Assembly (NCBI GenBank): GCA_052279835.1 | Contig: CP181291.1 | Location: 896,001 to 960,000, forward strand | Origin: Microcoleus sp. | Lineage (GTDB): Bacteria; Cyanobacteriota; Cyanobacteriia; Cyanobacteriales; Microcoleaceae | Direction: 5' to 3' | Length of the DNA stretch: 64,000 bases | Shown: positions 49,901 through 60,919 of the stretch, piece after piece | How positions within the stretch are numbered: position 1 is the first letter of the stretch | Layout of the letters: each line of letters starts with the position of its first letter | Program-made: the position numbers and the translations under genes | The notes under the pieces: model-generated | Database searches by the model: none | What the model saw: the letters and a program-made list of their open reading frames with translations, nothing else | Told to the model about the DNA's origin: nothing

Positions 49901-52900
49901 TCTAGTTGTGACACCTGCCAGACGAGGTACAGCAGACAAATTCAAATTGTATGGAGTCTCGGCGCTATTAACTGAAGAAACTCGAATGCTGTAAGTGCCG
50001 TGTGCCAAAACCCGGTTAATTAACTTTGAGGCGTTGGCAGAATTTTGGGCAGTTGAGATGACATTTTGATCCCTGTCAAGCAATTCAAGATTAACATCTC
50101 CCTTGAATCCGCTAATTGACAAGTTGAGGTCATTGTCAGCACCTAAAGTGAATTTGTAGTAATCGGGATCGTTACTACTTACTGAATCGCTGTAGTTTTT
50201 GGTATCGGAAGCTGCATTGATGGCACGGGATTTACTTACACTGTTTCCAGCCAAGTCTTGGGCTGGTATCTTGTTGTCATTATCGTTATTTGTGACAGCG
50301 ACATCCGCTGCATTTAACCCGTTAAATCTGTTATCGGAACTGACAGCAGGGCTAGTAACAATGCTGTAAGCTTTATTCCCGTCAATCTGATAGTCGTCAA
50401 CGCCTGTTACTGTTACTGTCTGTGGCAGATTCCAATTAGTAGAGTTGAAGGTAATCGATGGCGGGGAAACTGTTCCTTCTGCTGTATTGGAACTTGCTAA
50501 ATCTATTTTGACATCGCCAGTGGGTGGGATGTTTAAGCTGTTTAGTTGTACGTTAAATGTTGCTGTTTGACCTGCTTCTGTGGTGATTAATCCACTTGTA
50601 GGACTAACGGTAATTCCAGCAGGTGTTGGTGATGGTGTCGGTGTTGGGGTTGGAGGTATTGGCGTTGGAGTTGGAAGGGGAATAGGAGTGGGAATTGGGG
50701 TTGGTGTTGGAGTTATTGGTGTTGGTGTTGGTGTTGGAGTTATTGGTGTTGGGGTTGGTGTTGGAGTTATTGGTGTTGGTGTTGGTGTTGGAGTTATTGG
50801 TGTTGGGGTTGGTGTTGGAGTTATTGGTGTTGGGGTTGGTGTTGGAGTTATTGGTGTTGGGGTTGGTGTTGGAGTTATTGGTGTTGGGGTTGGTGTTGGA
50901 GTTATTGGTGTTGGGGTTGGTGTTGGGGCGGTGTCGTTATCAGTAATGGCGACATTCACAGGCGAAATTGCGATCGCGTTATATTTAACATCGGTACTGG
51001 TAGCAGTATGGTCGATCGACCCTGTGTGCGCCCCTTCCACAGCCGTATCGTCTGTAGCAGTTACTGTGAATGATTTCGCGACATTCCAGTTAGTAGCATC
51101 GAAGGTAATAGGCGCGATCGCACTTATTTGATTTCCCGCATCAAAACTGATAGTAACTGGTGCAGTTGGCTGCGAATTTAACTTGAGTGTATAACTGCCT
51201 GTGGCACCGCCTTCTGTAGCTGTTATGTTCTCCTGTGAAACAGTCACACCAGCCGTATCGTTGTCAGCAATCGTGGCAGTCACGGGAGAAATCGTCAGGT
51301 TGTTATACTTAGTATCGGTACTGACAGATTTGTGAGCGATCGTGCCGCTGCGTGTTCCTTGCGCTATGCTGTCATCGATCGCCTTAACAGTGACAGTTTG
51401 CGTCACATTCCAATTATTTGCCGTGAAAGTGACAGGTGCGATCGCATCAATTTGACTGCCTGTTTCAAAGTTAATGGTGACGTTGGCAGCAGGCGCGCTA
51501 GTCAAAACTACGCTGTAGGTATCCGTTGCACCTGCTTCAGCAATATTTGTGCCGCCTCCTGATTGGACAATAGAAACACCGGGACTATCGTTATCAGTAA
51601 TCGATGCTGTCACATTGGGAATGGCTTTGCCGTTATAATTTGCATCGGTACTGGTAGCTGTATGAGCGATCGTGCCGCTGTGAGTTCCTTGTGCTAAATT
51701 GTCATCTATCGCACTGACAGTGACAGTTTTTTCAACATTCCAATTAGTGCTGTCAAAAGTAATAGGTGTGGCGATCGGATTAAGTTGATTTCCAGTATTG
51801 AAACTAATACTAACTGGTGCAGTCGGTTGCGCGGTTAGCTTGATTTTGTAACTGCCAGTTGCACCGCCTTCTGTAGCAGTTATGTTTGTAGGTGTAACGC
51901 TGAAACCTGCGGTGTCGTTATCGGTAATGGCGACACTAACAGCCGGGATTGTGATGGTGTTATAGTTGGTATCGGTACTGGTAGAAGTATGGACGATCGT
52001 ACCTGCATGATTTCCTTCAACTAAATTGTCGTCAACTGCTTTCACCGCAACAGTTTGAGCGACATTCCAATTAGCAGCAGTAAAATTCAGTGCGGTAATT
52101 GGTTGAATTTGAGTGCCTGTAGCCAAGTTAATCGTAACAGGTGCTGTTGGTTGAGTATTTAATTTAACCCTATAACTTCCATTTGCACCGCCTTCCGTTG
52201 CAGTCGCAGTAGTCGGAGTAATGGTAACGCCTGCGGTGTCGTTATCGGTAATCTTAGCACTGACCGTGTTGCCGGCAGTGCCATTAACGGTAAAGCTGGC
52301 AGTCGCCCCGTTATAATTAGCATCGGTACTGATAGCAGTATGGGCGATCGGGCCAGTGTGTGGCGAAGTTTCTGCGACAGTATCATCAACTGCACTGACT
52401 GTCACTGTTTGCGGTACAAACCAGTTAGTTGGAGTGAAATTAAGGCCTGCAATAGGTTTAATTTGAGTGGCGGTATTGAGGCCGATCGCCACATTTGCAG
52501 TAGGCTGATTAGTTAGCACCACTGTATAAGTATCAGTCGTGCCGCTTTCTGCTACATTAGTGCTGCCGCCCGACTCAACAATCTTTACTTGCGGCCCGCC
52601 AGGAATTATTTTAGTAATAAAAGCATCAAAGTCACCTCCCCCATTCGCCGCTTGCAAAGGATTTGCTATTGGCAAATTAGTAGAAGCAGTAGAACCAGCC
52701 ACATAAACTGCACCCGAACTATTCACCGCAATACCATTACCGTAGTCGTCGCCGGTGCCACCAAGATAAGTAGAATCAACTAAGGCAGAACCAGATGAAT
52801 TGATTTTCGTAATAAAAGCATCTTTCCCGCCGCCGCTGACACTTTGAATCGCATTCTTAGTCGGAAAATTAGTCGAAGTCGTATCTCCCGTCACATAAAC

Positions 52901-54625
52901 ATTATTCGCACTGTCTACAGTAATGCGATGGCCGTTGTCATCTCCGCTGCCACCCAAATAAGTTGAATATCTAAAATAAGCACCGCCAGAATCCAGTGCG
53001 GTGATAAAAAAATCATTAGCACCACCTGCATTAGCAGCTTGAATTGGACTACTTATAGGAAAATTAGTTGAATTGGTAGTTCCCACCACATAAGCAACAT
53101 TTCCAGAACTGTCTACAGCGATATCGGCACCTTTATCATCGCCACTGCCGCCTAAATAAACGGAATAATTACGTTGACCATTCGCGTTAAATTTACTGAC
53201 AAAAGCATCATATTGACCCCCTCCCATTTTTTTTAAATTCAAAGGATCTAACCCCGGAGAACTAATCCCAGAAGTAGGCAAGTCAGTCGAAGAAGTAATG
53301 CCGGTAATGTATGCATTACCATTATTGTCTAGTGCAATTGCTTGAGCGTCTTCGCGACCAGAACCGCCCAAGTAGGTAGAGTAAACTAAACCACTGCCAG
53401 TTGGATTAACTTTAGTAATAAACGCATCGCCATTTCCGCCTCCGTATACAGGTTGGGAGGCAAAGGCAGTGGAGAAACCGTCGCCTGTCAGCCCGGTAAC
53501 GTAAGCATTGCCGTTACTGTCTACCGCAATGCCGTTGCCGAGACTATTTCCGCTACCGCCTAAAAAAGTCGAATAAACTAGAGCATTCCCAGTCGCATTG
53601 AGTTTTGTTACCCCAGTATTGTAAGTATTTATTGTAGGTTGAAAAGAACCAGGTGTAGTTGGATAACCAGGATCGACTTGTCCGGTTAAATAAGCATTAC
53701 CTTGACTGTCTACCGCAATCCCAAAACCGTATTCATTGCCAGTACCGCCAATATAAGTAGAGTAAACTAAGGCAGTTCCTTCGGGGTTAATTTTGGTAAC
53801 TAAGAAATCAGCTTGACCCCCTGGGGTAGTTTGAAAAGCACCAGGAGTAGTCGTAAAATTGTTAACAGTAGTGCCAATAATGTAAGCTGCACCGGTGCTA
53901 TCTACGGTCATGCGGTTGGCAGAGTCGAAGCCGCTGCCACCTAGGTAAGTGGAGTAAGCTAAAACCGGGTCGATAACTAGGGGTTGAGTGCGATCGAACT
54001 CTCCCAAACTGAAACTTACTTGACCATTTCCTAATAAATTATAAGCTGCGGGAACATTCACCCGCTGTCCGTTAATATCTTGATAAACTATCGGTGCGTT
54101 ATCAATTAATTCGCCTAGCTGTGTCTCTAAGATCAGTGCGCCGTCCTCACGCAACCGGATGTTGTTAACACCACTATAGTTCATCTTAATTTGACTCGGA
54201 TCGGCAAAAGGTGCAACCAAAAACTCGCTTTTTAGTTGTCCTTCTGTGCCTTGGAAAACGCGATCGATTCCTTGATAGACGTTTTGATAAACAACGCCGT
54301 TAAAAGTGGGAACATCCGTGCGCCATTGACTGGAATCTTCGCCTAAAATAAAGTTAGCAAATCCCGGCAATTTTTCCAGCCCGGAAATTGTGGGATTCGG
54401 GTTGCTGTTGGCTAAGCTGCTGCGGACAATTGAAGAAGTTGTTGCTGCATTTCCCGGTTCATTTGGTTTTTGGAAAGCGGTAAAGGTGATTTCGTTGGGA
54501 GTGAAATAGATACTGTGACCGGCACCTTTGACCTGGAATTTCACATTAGGGTCTGTTTGTCCAGCATTTGCAATAAAACTTAAGGGAATTTGACCGTAAG
54601 ATGTTTGTTGATTTTGAGAATTCAT
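46937..54625 (-). CDS. Giant RTX/T1SS-type exoprotein: SBBP beta-propeller repeats, Calx-beta/cadherin-like repeats, PT linker, PPC, catalytically degenerate S8 domain, hemolysin-type Ca-binding repeats
   Basis: [14 protein letters not shown]...[25 protein letters not shown]....IAVD..GNAYVTG repeats; VLDTG retained but DGAGSNV and GTGQAAAH at the His/Ser positions; RTX tail. Confidence 0.88.
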   Translation of the reverse strand: MNSQNQQTSYGQIPLSFIANAGQTDPNVKFQVKGAGHSIYFTPNEITFTAFQKPNEPGNAATTSSIVRSSLANSNPNPTISGLEKLPGFANFILGEDSSQWRTDVPTFNGVVYQNVYQGIDRVFQGTEGQLKSEFLVAPFADPSQIKMNYSGVNNIRLREDGALILETQLGELIDNAPIVYQDINGQRVNVPAAYNLLGNGQVSFSLGEFDRTQPLVIDPVLAYSTYLGGSGFDSANRMTVDSTGAAYIIGTTVNNFTTTPGAFQTTPGGQADFLVTKINPEGTALVYSTYIGGTGNEYGFGIAVDSQGNAYLTGQVDPGYPTTPGSFQPTINTYNTGVTKLNATGNALVYSTFLGGSGNSLGNGIAVDSNGNAYVTGLTGDGFSTAFASQPVYGGGNGDAFITKVNPTGSGLVYSTYLGGSGREDAQAIALDNNGNAYITGITSSTDLPTSGISSPGLDPLNLKKMGGGQYDAFVSKFNANGQRNYSVYLGGSGDDKGADIAVDSSGNVAYVVGTTNSTNFPISSPIQAANAGGANDFFITALDSGGAYFRYSTYLGGSGDDNGHRITVDSANNVYVTGDTTSTNFPTKNAIQSVSGGGKDAFITKINSSGSALVDSTYLGGTGDDYGNGIAVNSSGAVYVAGSTASTNLPIANPLQAANGGGDFDAFITKIIPGGPQVKIVESGGSTNVAESGTTDTYTVVLTNQPTANVAIGLNTATQIKPIAGLNFTPTNWFVPQTVTVSAVDDTVAETSPHTGPIAHTAISTDANYNGATASFTVNGTAGNTVSAKITDNDTAGVTITPTTATATEGGANGSYRVKLNTQPTAPVTINLATGTQIQPITALNFTAANWNVAQTVAVKAVDDNLVEGNHAGTIVHTSTSTDTNYNTITIPAVSVAITDNDTAGFSVTPTNITATEGGATGSYKIKLTAQPTAPVSISFNTGNQLNPIATPITFDSTNWNVEKTVTVSAIDDNLAQGTHSGTIAHTATSTDANYNGKAIPNVTASITDNDSPGVSIVQSGGGTNIAEAGATDTYSVVLTSAPAANVTINFETGSQIDAIAPVTFTANNWNVTQTVTVKAIDDSIAQGTRSGTIAHKSVSTDTKYNNLTISPVTATIADNDTAGVTVSQENITATEGGATGSYTLKLNSQPTAPVTISFDAGNQISAIAPITFDATNWNVAKSFTVTATDDTAVEGAHTGSIDHTATSTDVKYNAIAISPVNVAITDNDTAPTPTPTPITPTPTPTPITPTPTPTPITPTPTPTPITPTPTPTPITPTPTPTPITPTPTPTPITPTPTPTPITPTPTPIPTPIPLPTPTPIPPTPTPTPSPTPAGITVSPTSGLITTEAGQTATFNVQLNSLNIPPTGDVKIDLASSNTAEGTVSPPSITFNSTNWNLPQTVTVTGVDDYQIDGNKAYSIVTSPAVSSDNRFNGLNAADVAVTNNDNDNKIPAQDLAGNSVSKSRAINAASDTKNYSDSVSSNDPDYYKFTLGADNDLNLSISGFKGDVNLELLDRDQNVISTAQNSANASKLINRVLAHGTYSIRVSSVNSAETPYNLNLSAVPRLAGVTTRGYEEAAVTNPLSNSISGNSSIYNLPIDNFFATTNSDGFGNVDDPNPNNIRPASVSSSLINLDKFRATPAFSGIDGSGFSVAVLDTGIDLNHPFFGPDTDSNGISDRIVYNYDFADGDANASDFDGAGSNVASIIASQDSTYTGMAPGAKIIELKVRKDIKPLGGDEINKFPFIEQALQWVLQNADAYNIASVNMSLGSSENFTTAASAYGIGDELAALRAKNIIVVSSSGNRYYQYQNPLPLGVNYPSADPNSLSIGAVYNSNIGRYDYGNYFGPATAYTTDADRITPISQRSPTLTTVFAPGAPITGAGKDGNLSTYHGTGQAAAHISGIAVLAQQLAQQKLGRRLTQTEFAQLLKSTGVTINDGDNESDNVFNTGINFKRVDVLALGQAIAGGGFVQNRPPQEKIHLDYYIKELNQDIQNVYTDPDGDLISYKLTLENDSPLTSSFNSSWLRFSFDSNQNTIKFTGTPPVFNINGKPFSFVKPFKVKLTATDPAGASSSQIFKITKYKGRWVIDNYIAGAKVFLDANKNGVLDANEPSTNTDNSGLFNFDFPFETFDKNANGEIDSNEGNLVAFGGIDTATGLPLETPVTAPADATVVTLLTTLMVDLIDKGIESDRAESLIKSALAIPADVAIADFDPIDATKNSEPGGVATLAAMVKVQNVITQTAALIDGASSAATNEIVKAVVSAITTPIQSGTVLNLSKAAALEPIIQQAAAKIQQIDPSFNSQKVTSITSQAATVMATANQRIDTAVSSTTTSIPEAVARVQQVALGITTQDFKAVGAGNKTISQVVTDNTGTALDSKIQAVILPVGIATPVVSGDADLGSNSPDRILGTNGDDLLTGDSANNVLLGLRGNDSLDGGVGNDTLFGGKANDTLLGGSGDDILFGNRDDDLLNGGLGNDTLTGGNGNDKFLLSTNSGIDTITDFEVGKDLLVLGNGLTFSQLSITQENSATFIRLSATGEILASLNGVTASAIGVANFGSI
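50625..50928 (-). repeat. Pro/Thr/Ile linker, 24-bp (TPTPTPIT) tandem units
   Basis: GGTGTTGGAGTTATTGGTGTTGG(G/T)GTT repeats. Confidence 0.9.
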
Positions 54626-54794
54626 AGCTAGTACCCCTGGTTTTTGTTATGTCAGTAAGTTTACATAAGCACCAGCTCGGCTGTATAGTAAATTCTTGCG
54701 AAAAATTTACTAAAAATACAATTTTCTTGCGAAATTTCTCCGAGTTTGATGAATAATTGTAACAATGGTTGTGGGTGCGATCCGTAAGTTTCAC

Positions 54795-55311
54795 AGTCCG
54801 AGGGTTCGCCAGGGGTTAAAACGCCTGTTTCAGAGTCCGCCAGTTAGATTTTTCGATGGTCCGATTTTTCGATAGTCCGACAGTTAGATTTTTCGATGGT
54901 CCGACAGTTCAATTTTTCGCCAGTCCGATATTCCGCCAGGGGTTGAAAACCCCTGTCTCATAGCGCAAGTCCTCTGAAAGAGGACTAAGATCGATGATGA
55001 TTTAATTGGATTTGTCAGTCGGTTTCAACCGACTTGCGCTCTCTCGACGGGGAATTAATTCCCCGGCGGGCTTGTGGGTGAATGCGAAGACTTTTGAATG
55101 CGAAAGATTTTGGGTAAGTCCGAGAGTCCGCCAGGGGTTGAAAACCCCTGTCTCATAGCGAAAGTCCTCTCAAAGAGGACTAAGATTCACAATAATTTAA
55201 TTGGATTTTTCAGTCGGTTTCAACCGACTTTCGCTATGAGACGGGGAATTGATTCCCCGGCGGGCTTGTGGATGAATGCGAAAACTATTGAATGCCAAAA
55301 ATTTTGGGTAA
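54795..55311. repeat. Octamer array (13 units, 54834-54937) plus two tandem ~190-bp REPIN-like units downstream of the Y1 transposase
   Basis: Each unit is CAGGGGTTGAAAACCCCTG-TCTCATAGCG(A/C)AAGTCCTCT..AAGAGGACT-spacer-AGTCGGTTTCAACCGACT-..GCT-CGGGGAATT.ATTCCCCG-tail; units start at about 54930 and 55125. Confidence 0.85.
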
Positions 55312-55337
55312 GTGGGCGAATGCGAGAGTTTGATCTG

Positions 55338-55790
55338 TTAATTCTTGGGCCTCTTTGGATACCACCGGGTTGGGCCATAGTCTCGATCGGTGATTTGTTC
55401 TAAATGCGAATTTACAGTATTTTGCAAATGATGTTGCTTTTGATTGATAACATAAGTGACTGCTTGTTCTAGTTGTGTTTGTCCTAAAGAGAATACTCCA
55501 TATCCTTCTTGCCAGCCAAATCTATTGGGATTTTGTAAAGTTTGATTGAGATAATGGCTGCTGCTACCTTTAATATTTTTTACAAATTCAGCGATCGATT
55601 GTCTCGGAGGAATGGAAACTATTAAATGGATGTGATTTTCTGTGCCACCGATAGCGTGGACGATGCAATTGAGGGTATCACCTTTGCCGATAATATAATT
55701 GTAAAGTTCTGTTTCTCTTTGTGGATGTATCAGAGGTTGTCTTTCTTTTGTTGCCCAAACTAAATGATAGTACAGCCGCCACATTGCCAT
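55338..55790 (-). CDS. tnpA: IS200/IS605-like Y1 (HUH) transposase, stand-alone, REP-associated (RAYT-like)
   Basis: YYHLVWATKER, ENHIHLIV (HUH), IKGSSS, WQEGYGVFS, YVINQKQHH (catalytic Tyr); no tnpB; REP palindromes on both sides. Confidence 0.88.
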   Translation of the reverse strand: MAMWRLYYHLVWATKERQPLIHPQRETELYNYIIGKGDTLNCIVHAIGGTENHIHLIVSIPPRQSIAEFVKNIKGSSSHYLNQTLQNPNRFGWQEGYGVFSLGQTQLEQAVTYVINQKQHHLQNTVNSHLEQITDRDYGPTRWYPKRPKN

Positions 55791-55997
55791 AAATATGTTT
55801 CCCGATATTTATGTAATTTTTTTATTATTTTGCGCTTTTTTAGCTATGTTATTTTACCATATAGGTACCTCGTTGGATAATTCAATTGGATTTACCAGTC
55901 GGTTTCAACCGACTTTCACTCTCTCGACGGGGAATTAATTCACTCCTAGGATTTGTGGGTGAATGTAAAGACTCAAGAATGCCAAAAACTTTGGGTG

Positions 55998-56341
55998 AGT
56001 CCGCCAGTTCGATAGTCCGCCAGTTCGAGAGTCCGCCAGTTTGATCGTCCGCCAGTTCGAGAGTCCGTCAGTCCGAGAGTCCGTCAGTCCGAGAGTCCGC
56101 CAGTCCGAGAGTCCGTCAGTCCGAGAGTCCGTCAGTCCGAGAGTCCGCCAGTTCGATCGTCCGACAGTTCGATTTTTCGCCAGTTCGATTTTTCGCCAGT
56201 TCGATAGTCCGACAGTTCGATTTTTCGCCAGTCCGAGAGTCCGACAGTTCGATTTTTCGCCAGTCCGAGAGTCCGACAGTTCGATTTTTCGCCAGTCCGA
56301 GAGTCCGACAGTTCGATTTTTCGCCAGTCCGAGAGTCCGCC
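55998..56341 (+). repeat. Octamer array, 43 units (AGTCCGCC/AGTCCGAG/AGTTCGAT/TTTTCGCC/AGTCCGAC and variants)
   Basis: 344 bp parsed in unbroken 8-nt register; ends at the foot of the REPIN hairpin. Confidence 0.92.
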
Positions 56342-56470
56342 AGGGGTTAAAAACCCCTGTCTCATAGCGAAAGTCCTCTCAAAGAGGACTGGTATCGATC
56401 GTAATTCAATTAGATTTACCAGTCGGTTTCAACCGACTTTTGCTATGAGGCAGGGGTTTAAACCCCTGCC
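56342..56470. repeat. Central REPIN-like cruciform
   Basis: AGGGGTTAAAACCCCTG-TCTCATAGCGAAAGTCCTCTCAAAGAGGACT...AGTCGGTTTCAACCGACTTTTGCTATGAGG-CAGGGGTTTAAACCCCTG. Confidence 0.88.
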
Positions 56471-56926
56471 GGACTGTCGGACTGCCGGAGGGCCGGACTG
56501 TCGGACTGCCGGAGGGCCGGACTGTCGGACTGCCGGAGGGCCACACTGCTGGAGGGCCACACTGCCGGAGGGCCACACTGCTGGAGGGCCACACTGCCGG
56601 AGGGCCACACTGCCGGACTGCCGGACTGTCGGACTGCCACACTGCCACACTGCCGGACTGCCGGACTGCCGGACTGCCGGACTACCGGACTACCCGACTA
56701 CCCGACTACCGGACTGCCGGACTACCGGACTACCGGACTACCGGACTACCGGACTGCCGGACTGTCGGACTGCCGGACTGTCGGACTGTCGGACTGCCAC
56801 ACTGCCACACTGCCGGACTGCCGGACTGCCGGACTACCGCAGGGCCACACTGCCGGACTACCGGACTGCCGGACTGCCACACTGCCGGACTACCGGACTA
56901 CCGGACTGCCGCAGGGCCGGACTGCG
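56471..56926 (-). repeat. Inverted octamer array, about 57 units (GGACTGCC/GGACTACC/GGAGGGCC/ACACTGCC/GGACTGTC)
   Basis: 456 bp in 8-nt register; the dominant unit reads AGTCCGGC on the minus strand. Confidence 0.92.
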
Positions 56927-56939
56927 GGTGTTACCTTTA

Positions 56940-57839
56940 TTAAAGTGAATCGCGATATTTCTTAGGAGTCACACCGACGATTTTGCAGAAAGTCTTGCTA
57001 AAATGACTTTGGTCGTGAAACCCGACTTGCTCCGAGATATAGGTTATTGATAAATCTCGCCTTTTCAACAACTGTTTGGCTTTTTCAATTCGGCACTGCG
57101 TGACGTATTGATGGGGCGTCACTCCAATTGATAGTTTGAACAAACGACTGAAATAATAAGGACTAATCTGCACTAAATTAGCAAGTTCAGCTAAGTGCAA
57201 ATCTCGGTTTAGATAGTCATTAATGTAGTTAATAACAATCTGCAATTTTACAGGTTCCAAACCATTGTCAAAATCTCGCCGATGGGGTTTTTGTGCCGAA
57301 TAGCGGTGCAGTATGTGCATTGAAAGGGCATTTTTCAGTGCATCGACATAAAGAGTACCGTTTAATCCACCTGATTCTAGTTCAGTTTTCAGGGCCCAGC
57401 CAATTCCGTGAATCAACGGGTCGCTGATTTTCCATTGCGGTATAATTTCAATCTGATTGGCATTTGTCGATTCGTCAACTGTATTGTCGAATTCGGTAGG
57501 TTCAAGGGCGATCGCCATAAATTCAGGTTCTTCGACTGCACTTGACTGGAAATCAGTACCAGCAGCACCGATGAATATCTGTCCACTTTGCCACGGTTCG
57601 CTACCGTAGTGTTTTCCGTTCAGTATTCCTGTTACTGTTACTGAATTGAGTATCAGCCCAATGCTGTGCTGTTGGAAACAGTGTTCAGGACATTGGTGTG
57701 GTGGTGGCTGACGGTGATATTCGACGTGAATTCCCTCCCACTTTGCACCTTGACTCGACAGGATTGCGGGACGCGGAAGAATCAATTTCGTCGCGTCTGT
57801 CTGGGCAAAATCTAGAATTAACGGTTTCTCTGAGGACAT
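56940..57839 (-). CDS. AraC-family transcriptional regulator
   Basis: LHLAELANLVQISPYYFSRLFK...RIEKAKQLL...VGFHDQSHFSKTF...GVTPKKYR. Confidence 0.93.
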   Translation of the reverse strand: MSSEKPLILDFAQTDATKLILPRPAILSSQGAKWEGIHVEYHRQPPPHQCPEHCFQQHSIGLILNSVTVTGILNGKHYGSEPWQSGQIFIGAAGTDFQSSAVEEPEFMAIALEPTEFDNTVDESTNANQIEIIPQWKISDPLIHGIGWALKTELESGGLNGTLYVDALKNALSMHILHRYSAQKPHRRDFDNGLEPVKLQIVINYINDYLNRDLHLAELANLVQISPYYFSRLFKLSIGVTPHQYVTQCRIEKAKQLLKRRDLSITYISEQVGFHDQSHFSKTFCKIVGVTPKKYRDSL

Positions 57840-57950
57840 AGCTTACACCTGCTACCGTAGTTGCTATATCATATATTTCTGAAACAGAGAAAACGCACCT
57901 CAATACTTTTAGCTTGTAGCCAAGTTTCGATCGCCCTAAATCCCCCTTTT

Positions 57951-58014
<64 letters not shown>

Positions 58015-58018
58015 TAAA

Positions 58019-60673
58019 TTAGCGCGAAATAAAATGCGCCCAAATATTCCCATCGGGCCCGGCGACTTGATTCATATAGTTGTAGGGATACATCAACTTT
58101 CTACCCTCAGTATCCCTATAACCAGTGAGTGCATCTCCCCACGGATCTTGCGCGATGTAACCGTCGGAATTGTAGCCAATTAGGGTGATAATATGACCGG
58201 AAGCAGTAAAATCTCCGGCTAAAACCACTGGCCGCCGATTCAACAATTCCGATCGCAAATCAGCCCATTTCCGAGTCGTACTAAAACTCGTCTTGAACCC
58301 ATAGGCTTTAATCAGCGCCGAAAGCACGTTATGATCGGTTTGAGAACCCTGGCCCGCATAATCAAAACACCACTGCAATAACTCATCCTCCAACTGTCCG
58401 CCCCACTTGGAACGAACGCCATAGTAATAAAGTACCATCGCGATCGCAGTTACATTGCAAGTAGACCAATCAAAACGGGGATTATCCCGCTGAGAAAAAT
58501 AGGGCACATTCAATTCCACATTATTGGGAATGGGGTCAAAAACTTTATCGCCCCGCTTAAACTGAATAGAATTAGGAACAACAAAACCTGTATTGCCAAA
58601 ATTAGGCAGTTCTTCCGTCAAAGAAACCTTCAGGTGATTTCCTTCCAAACCGTAGCTTTCCACACCGTAAACTCGACCCAGAGGCAACGTAGTCCTTTCC
58701 GTAGCGCTCAATTGGTTAGCATCAACAGGTCGTTTTTTGAACACAGTTGGTTGCAACATTGTTACGGTCAAAGCATCGGGGTCAAAGATAATTTCTTTAT
58801 TTAATTTTTTAATTTGAACGTGACGCCAATAGATAAATCCCACATTCCCAAAATCAGGAATAGATTCGGCAAGAGTTACCCGGAAATGACCCAAAATGCA
58901 GGCATAGCCAGTAATCGCATAGGTACTGCCTAAAATTAGGTCAGCCACCTGATTTGCTGGCAGTTTCAGGGAATCTTCCGGTGAACCTTTAATCTGGGTG
59001 GTTTGAGTTACCAACAGTTGAGCGCTGATGTTAGTATTGGGTACATCAGCCAGGTCAAATTTCAGGATTTTTGTACCTTTGGCTAGCTGAACGTCTGGTT
59101 CATAAAAATAGCCAAAAGTGCCGATCGGCGTAATTGCCGCATCCAAAACCACCTTGAGATGACCGTCAATAAATCCGTACTTGTTAACAATCAAAGTTTG
59201 ACCTGCTTTGACCAGAACTTTTTGCTGATTGTTTAGTCGGGAAGAGTCCACTGGAGCTACTTTAAATAAAGTATCAGAAACTATCTTTAAAGTCAAATCT
59301 TTGCCGACAGTTAAGGGGTCAGAACTTACGGTAATATAAATGATTTGACTGCCAGTAACATTGCCTTTGCTATCAGTCGCTCGCAGTCGCAGCCACCGAG
59401 CTCCAGGCGTGCTAAATCCTTTGGCTAAATTTACTTGCCAAGTCCCTGCTTTTTGGTTTAGTGTGACGTTTAGTGGCAGCTTATCCTCGGCTATGACTTC
59501 AACTTTGACTGCTTCTTGTTTGTCAAAAGTACCTGAAAGTGCGATCGTCTGATTCAGCAACACTTCCGTCGGACCTTGATAAGTTAAATTTGGTGCCGGA
59601 TTGAAAGATTTGCCACCGCGGGCAAATTGTACAAAATCGGGAAAAATAAAACCAGTATTACCAAAGGGCGGTAAATTTTCAGTAAGGGAGACTTTAATGT
59701 GGCCTTGTTCGATGGAGAATCCGCTAATTCCGTAAATTATTCCCGCTGGTAATGTAATTTTTTCCTGTGGTTGCAGAGTCGCTGCATTCGCTGGTCGCTT
59801 TTTAAACACAGTAGTTTTGAGAACAGTCATGGTGACAGCATTTCTGTCATAGGGAATACCTCGACCATTTTGCAAAATTTGGACGTGCTGCGAGTACAGA
59901 AAAGCGGAAGTTCCCAAGTTGGGTATGGGGCGATCGAAGGTGACTCGAAAATGATTTTCAATGCAAGCATAGCCGAGGATATTGAAGGTTTCTCCCTGGC
60001 TGAGGTCTACTTTTTGATTGGAAGATAAGGTAGCAGAATCGGCAGGGCTGAGCTTCAATTTACTTTTTTTGACTACCCAAAGTAACTGCATTCCCGGTGG
60101 GGGTGTCGGTAAGTCAGTGCGATCGAATCTGAGAACTTTTGCACCTTTGGTTAGCAAAACGTGTTCTTCATAGAAATAGCCAGATTTTCCTACCGGAGAA
60201 ATGGGATTATTTAGTTCTACTCTCAGGTGTCTATCGTCTAACTCATAATCTGCGAGCAGATAGGTTTGACCCGCGATTGTGTCGGCTTTTTGTTGGTCAT
60301 TGAGACTGGCTGATGCTACTGTTCCCGCTTTAAATTTGGTATTTTGGAGGACAACTAACATCAATAATGGAAGGGCGGAGTTAGTAGCAGGATTGACTTT
60401 GATATTAAATGTTTGTTCGCCGATAACTTTGCCTGTTTTATCAGTTGCTTTTACTTGCAATGTGCGAATTCCAGGGTTGTCGAAGCCTTTGGCTAAACCG
60501 ATACTCCAAGTACCTGTAGATAAATTTATTTCTACATTCAGGGCATTTGTGCCTTCGGTTGCTGAAATTCCAGCCACTCTATTTTTGTCAAAAATGCCCA
60601 CTAGGGCTGCGGCTCGATTTGCCTCAATTTCTTGAGGGCCTAAGTAGGTCAAAATACTGGTACTGTTTGTCAT
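58019..60673 (-). CDS. C39-like cysteine peptidase with a duplicated N-terminal block (Ig-like plus three ~75-aa repeats, twice)
   Basis: LNVPYFSQRDN...TCNVTAIAM...SGHIITLIGY...QDPWG; six repeats of T.FK......L...QK..L..G..Y.I..Y....GH.KV.L.....G..GF.Y. Confidence 0.85.
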   Translation of the reverse strand: MTNSTSILTYLGPQEIEANRAAALVGIFDKNRVAGISATEGTNALNVEINLSTGTWSIGLAKGFDNPGIRTLQVKATDKTGKVIGEQTFNIKVNPATNSALPLLMLVVLQNTKFKAGTVASASLNDQQKADTIAGQTYLLADYELDDRHLRVELNNPISPVGKSGYFYEEHVLLTKGAKVLRFDRTDLPTPPPGMQLLWVVKKSKLKLSPADSATLSSNQKVDLSQGETFNILGYACIENHFRVTFDRPIPNLGTSAFLYSQHVQILQNGRGIPYDRNAVTMTVLKTTVFKKRPANAATLQPQEKITLPAGIIYGISGFSIEQGHIKVSLTENLPPFGNTGFIFPDFVQFARGGKSFNPAPNLTYQGPTEVLLNQTIALSGTFDKQEAVKVEVIAEDKLPLNVTLNQKAGTWQVNLAKGFSTPGARWLRLRATDSKGNVTGSQIIYITVSSDPLTVGKDLTLKIVSDTLFKVAPVDSSRLNNQQKVLVKAGQTLIVNKYGFIDGHLKVVLDAAITPIGTFGYFYEPDVQLAKGTKILKFDLADVPNTNISAQLLVTQTTQIKGSPEDSLKLPANQVADLILGSTYAITGYACILGHFRVTLAESIPDFGNVGFIYWRHVQIKKLNKEIIFDPDALTVTMLQPTVFKKRPVDANQLSATERTTLPLGRVYGVESYGLEGNHLKVSLTEELPNFGNTGFVVPNSIQFKRGDKVFDPIPNNVELNVPYFSQRDNPRFDWSTCNVTAIAMVLYYYGVRSKWGGQLEDELLQWCFDYAGQGSQTDHNVLSALIKAYGFKTSFSTTRKWADLRSELLNRRPVVLAGDFTASGHIITLIGYNSDGYIAQDPWGDALTGYRDTEGRKLMYPYNYMNQVAGPDGNIWAHFISR

Positions 60674-60919
60674 CTCAATCTCTCTTAGCTAGGTTTGCTG
60701 TTAAATCTGGCTGTTAATTTAAAATTTGCACAAATTGGGTAATTTTTCAGCTATCACAATGATAAATTCTGATTTTATCAAAGATAACTGCTCGATCGCA
60801 CACAAAACCGCCCCTAGATTCAGTCTCAGGGCGGTAAGTGCTTTTAAGTTCGATCGGCTAAACTATGGTGACGAGAATATTCACCTGTCGATCGACATGA
60901 TTAATTTTACTTAACCTAA

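Noticed and set aside
55338..55790. IS605 element with TnpB/omegaRNA
   Set aside because: No tnpB or RuvC-like ORF is adjacent.
54795..56926. CRISPR array
   Set aside because: No constant repeat alternating with unique spacers and no cas genes; the units are tandem octamers and REP cruciforms.
56041..56948. ORFs 56041-56367, 56132-56365, 56406-56650, 56445-56948 and 55098-55403
   Set aside because: Stop-free translations of the repeat arrays and REPINs in several frames on both strands.
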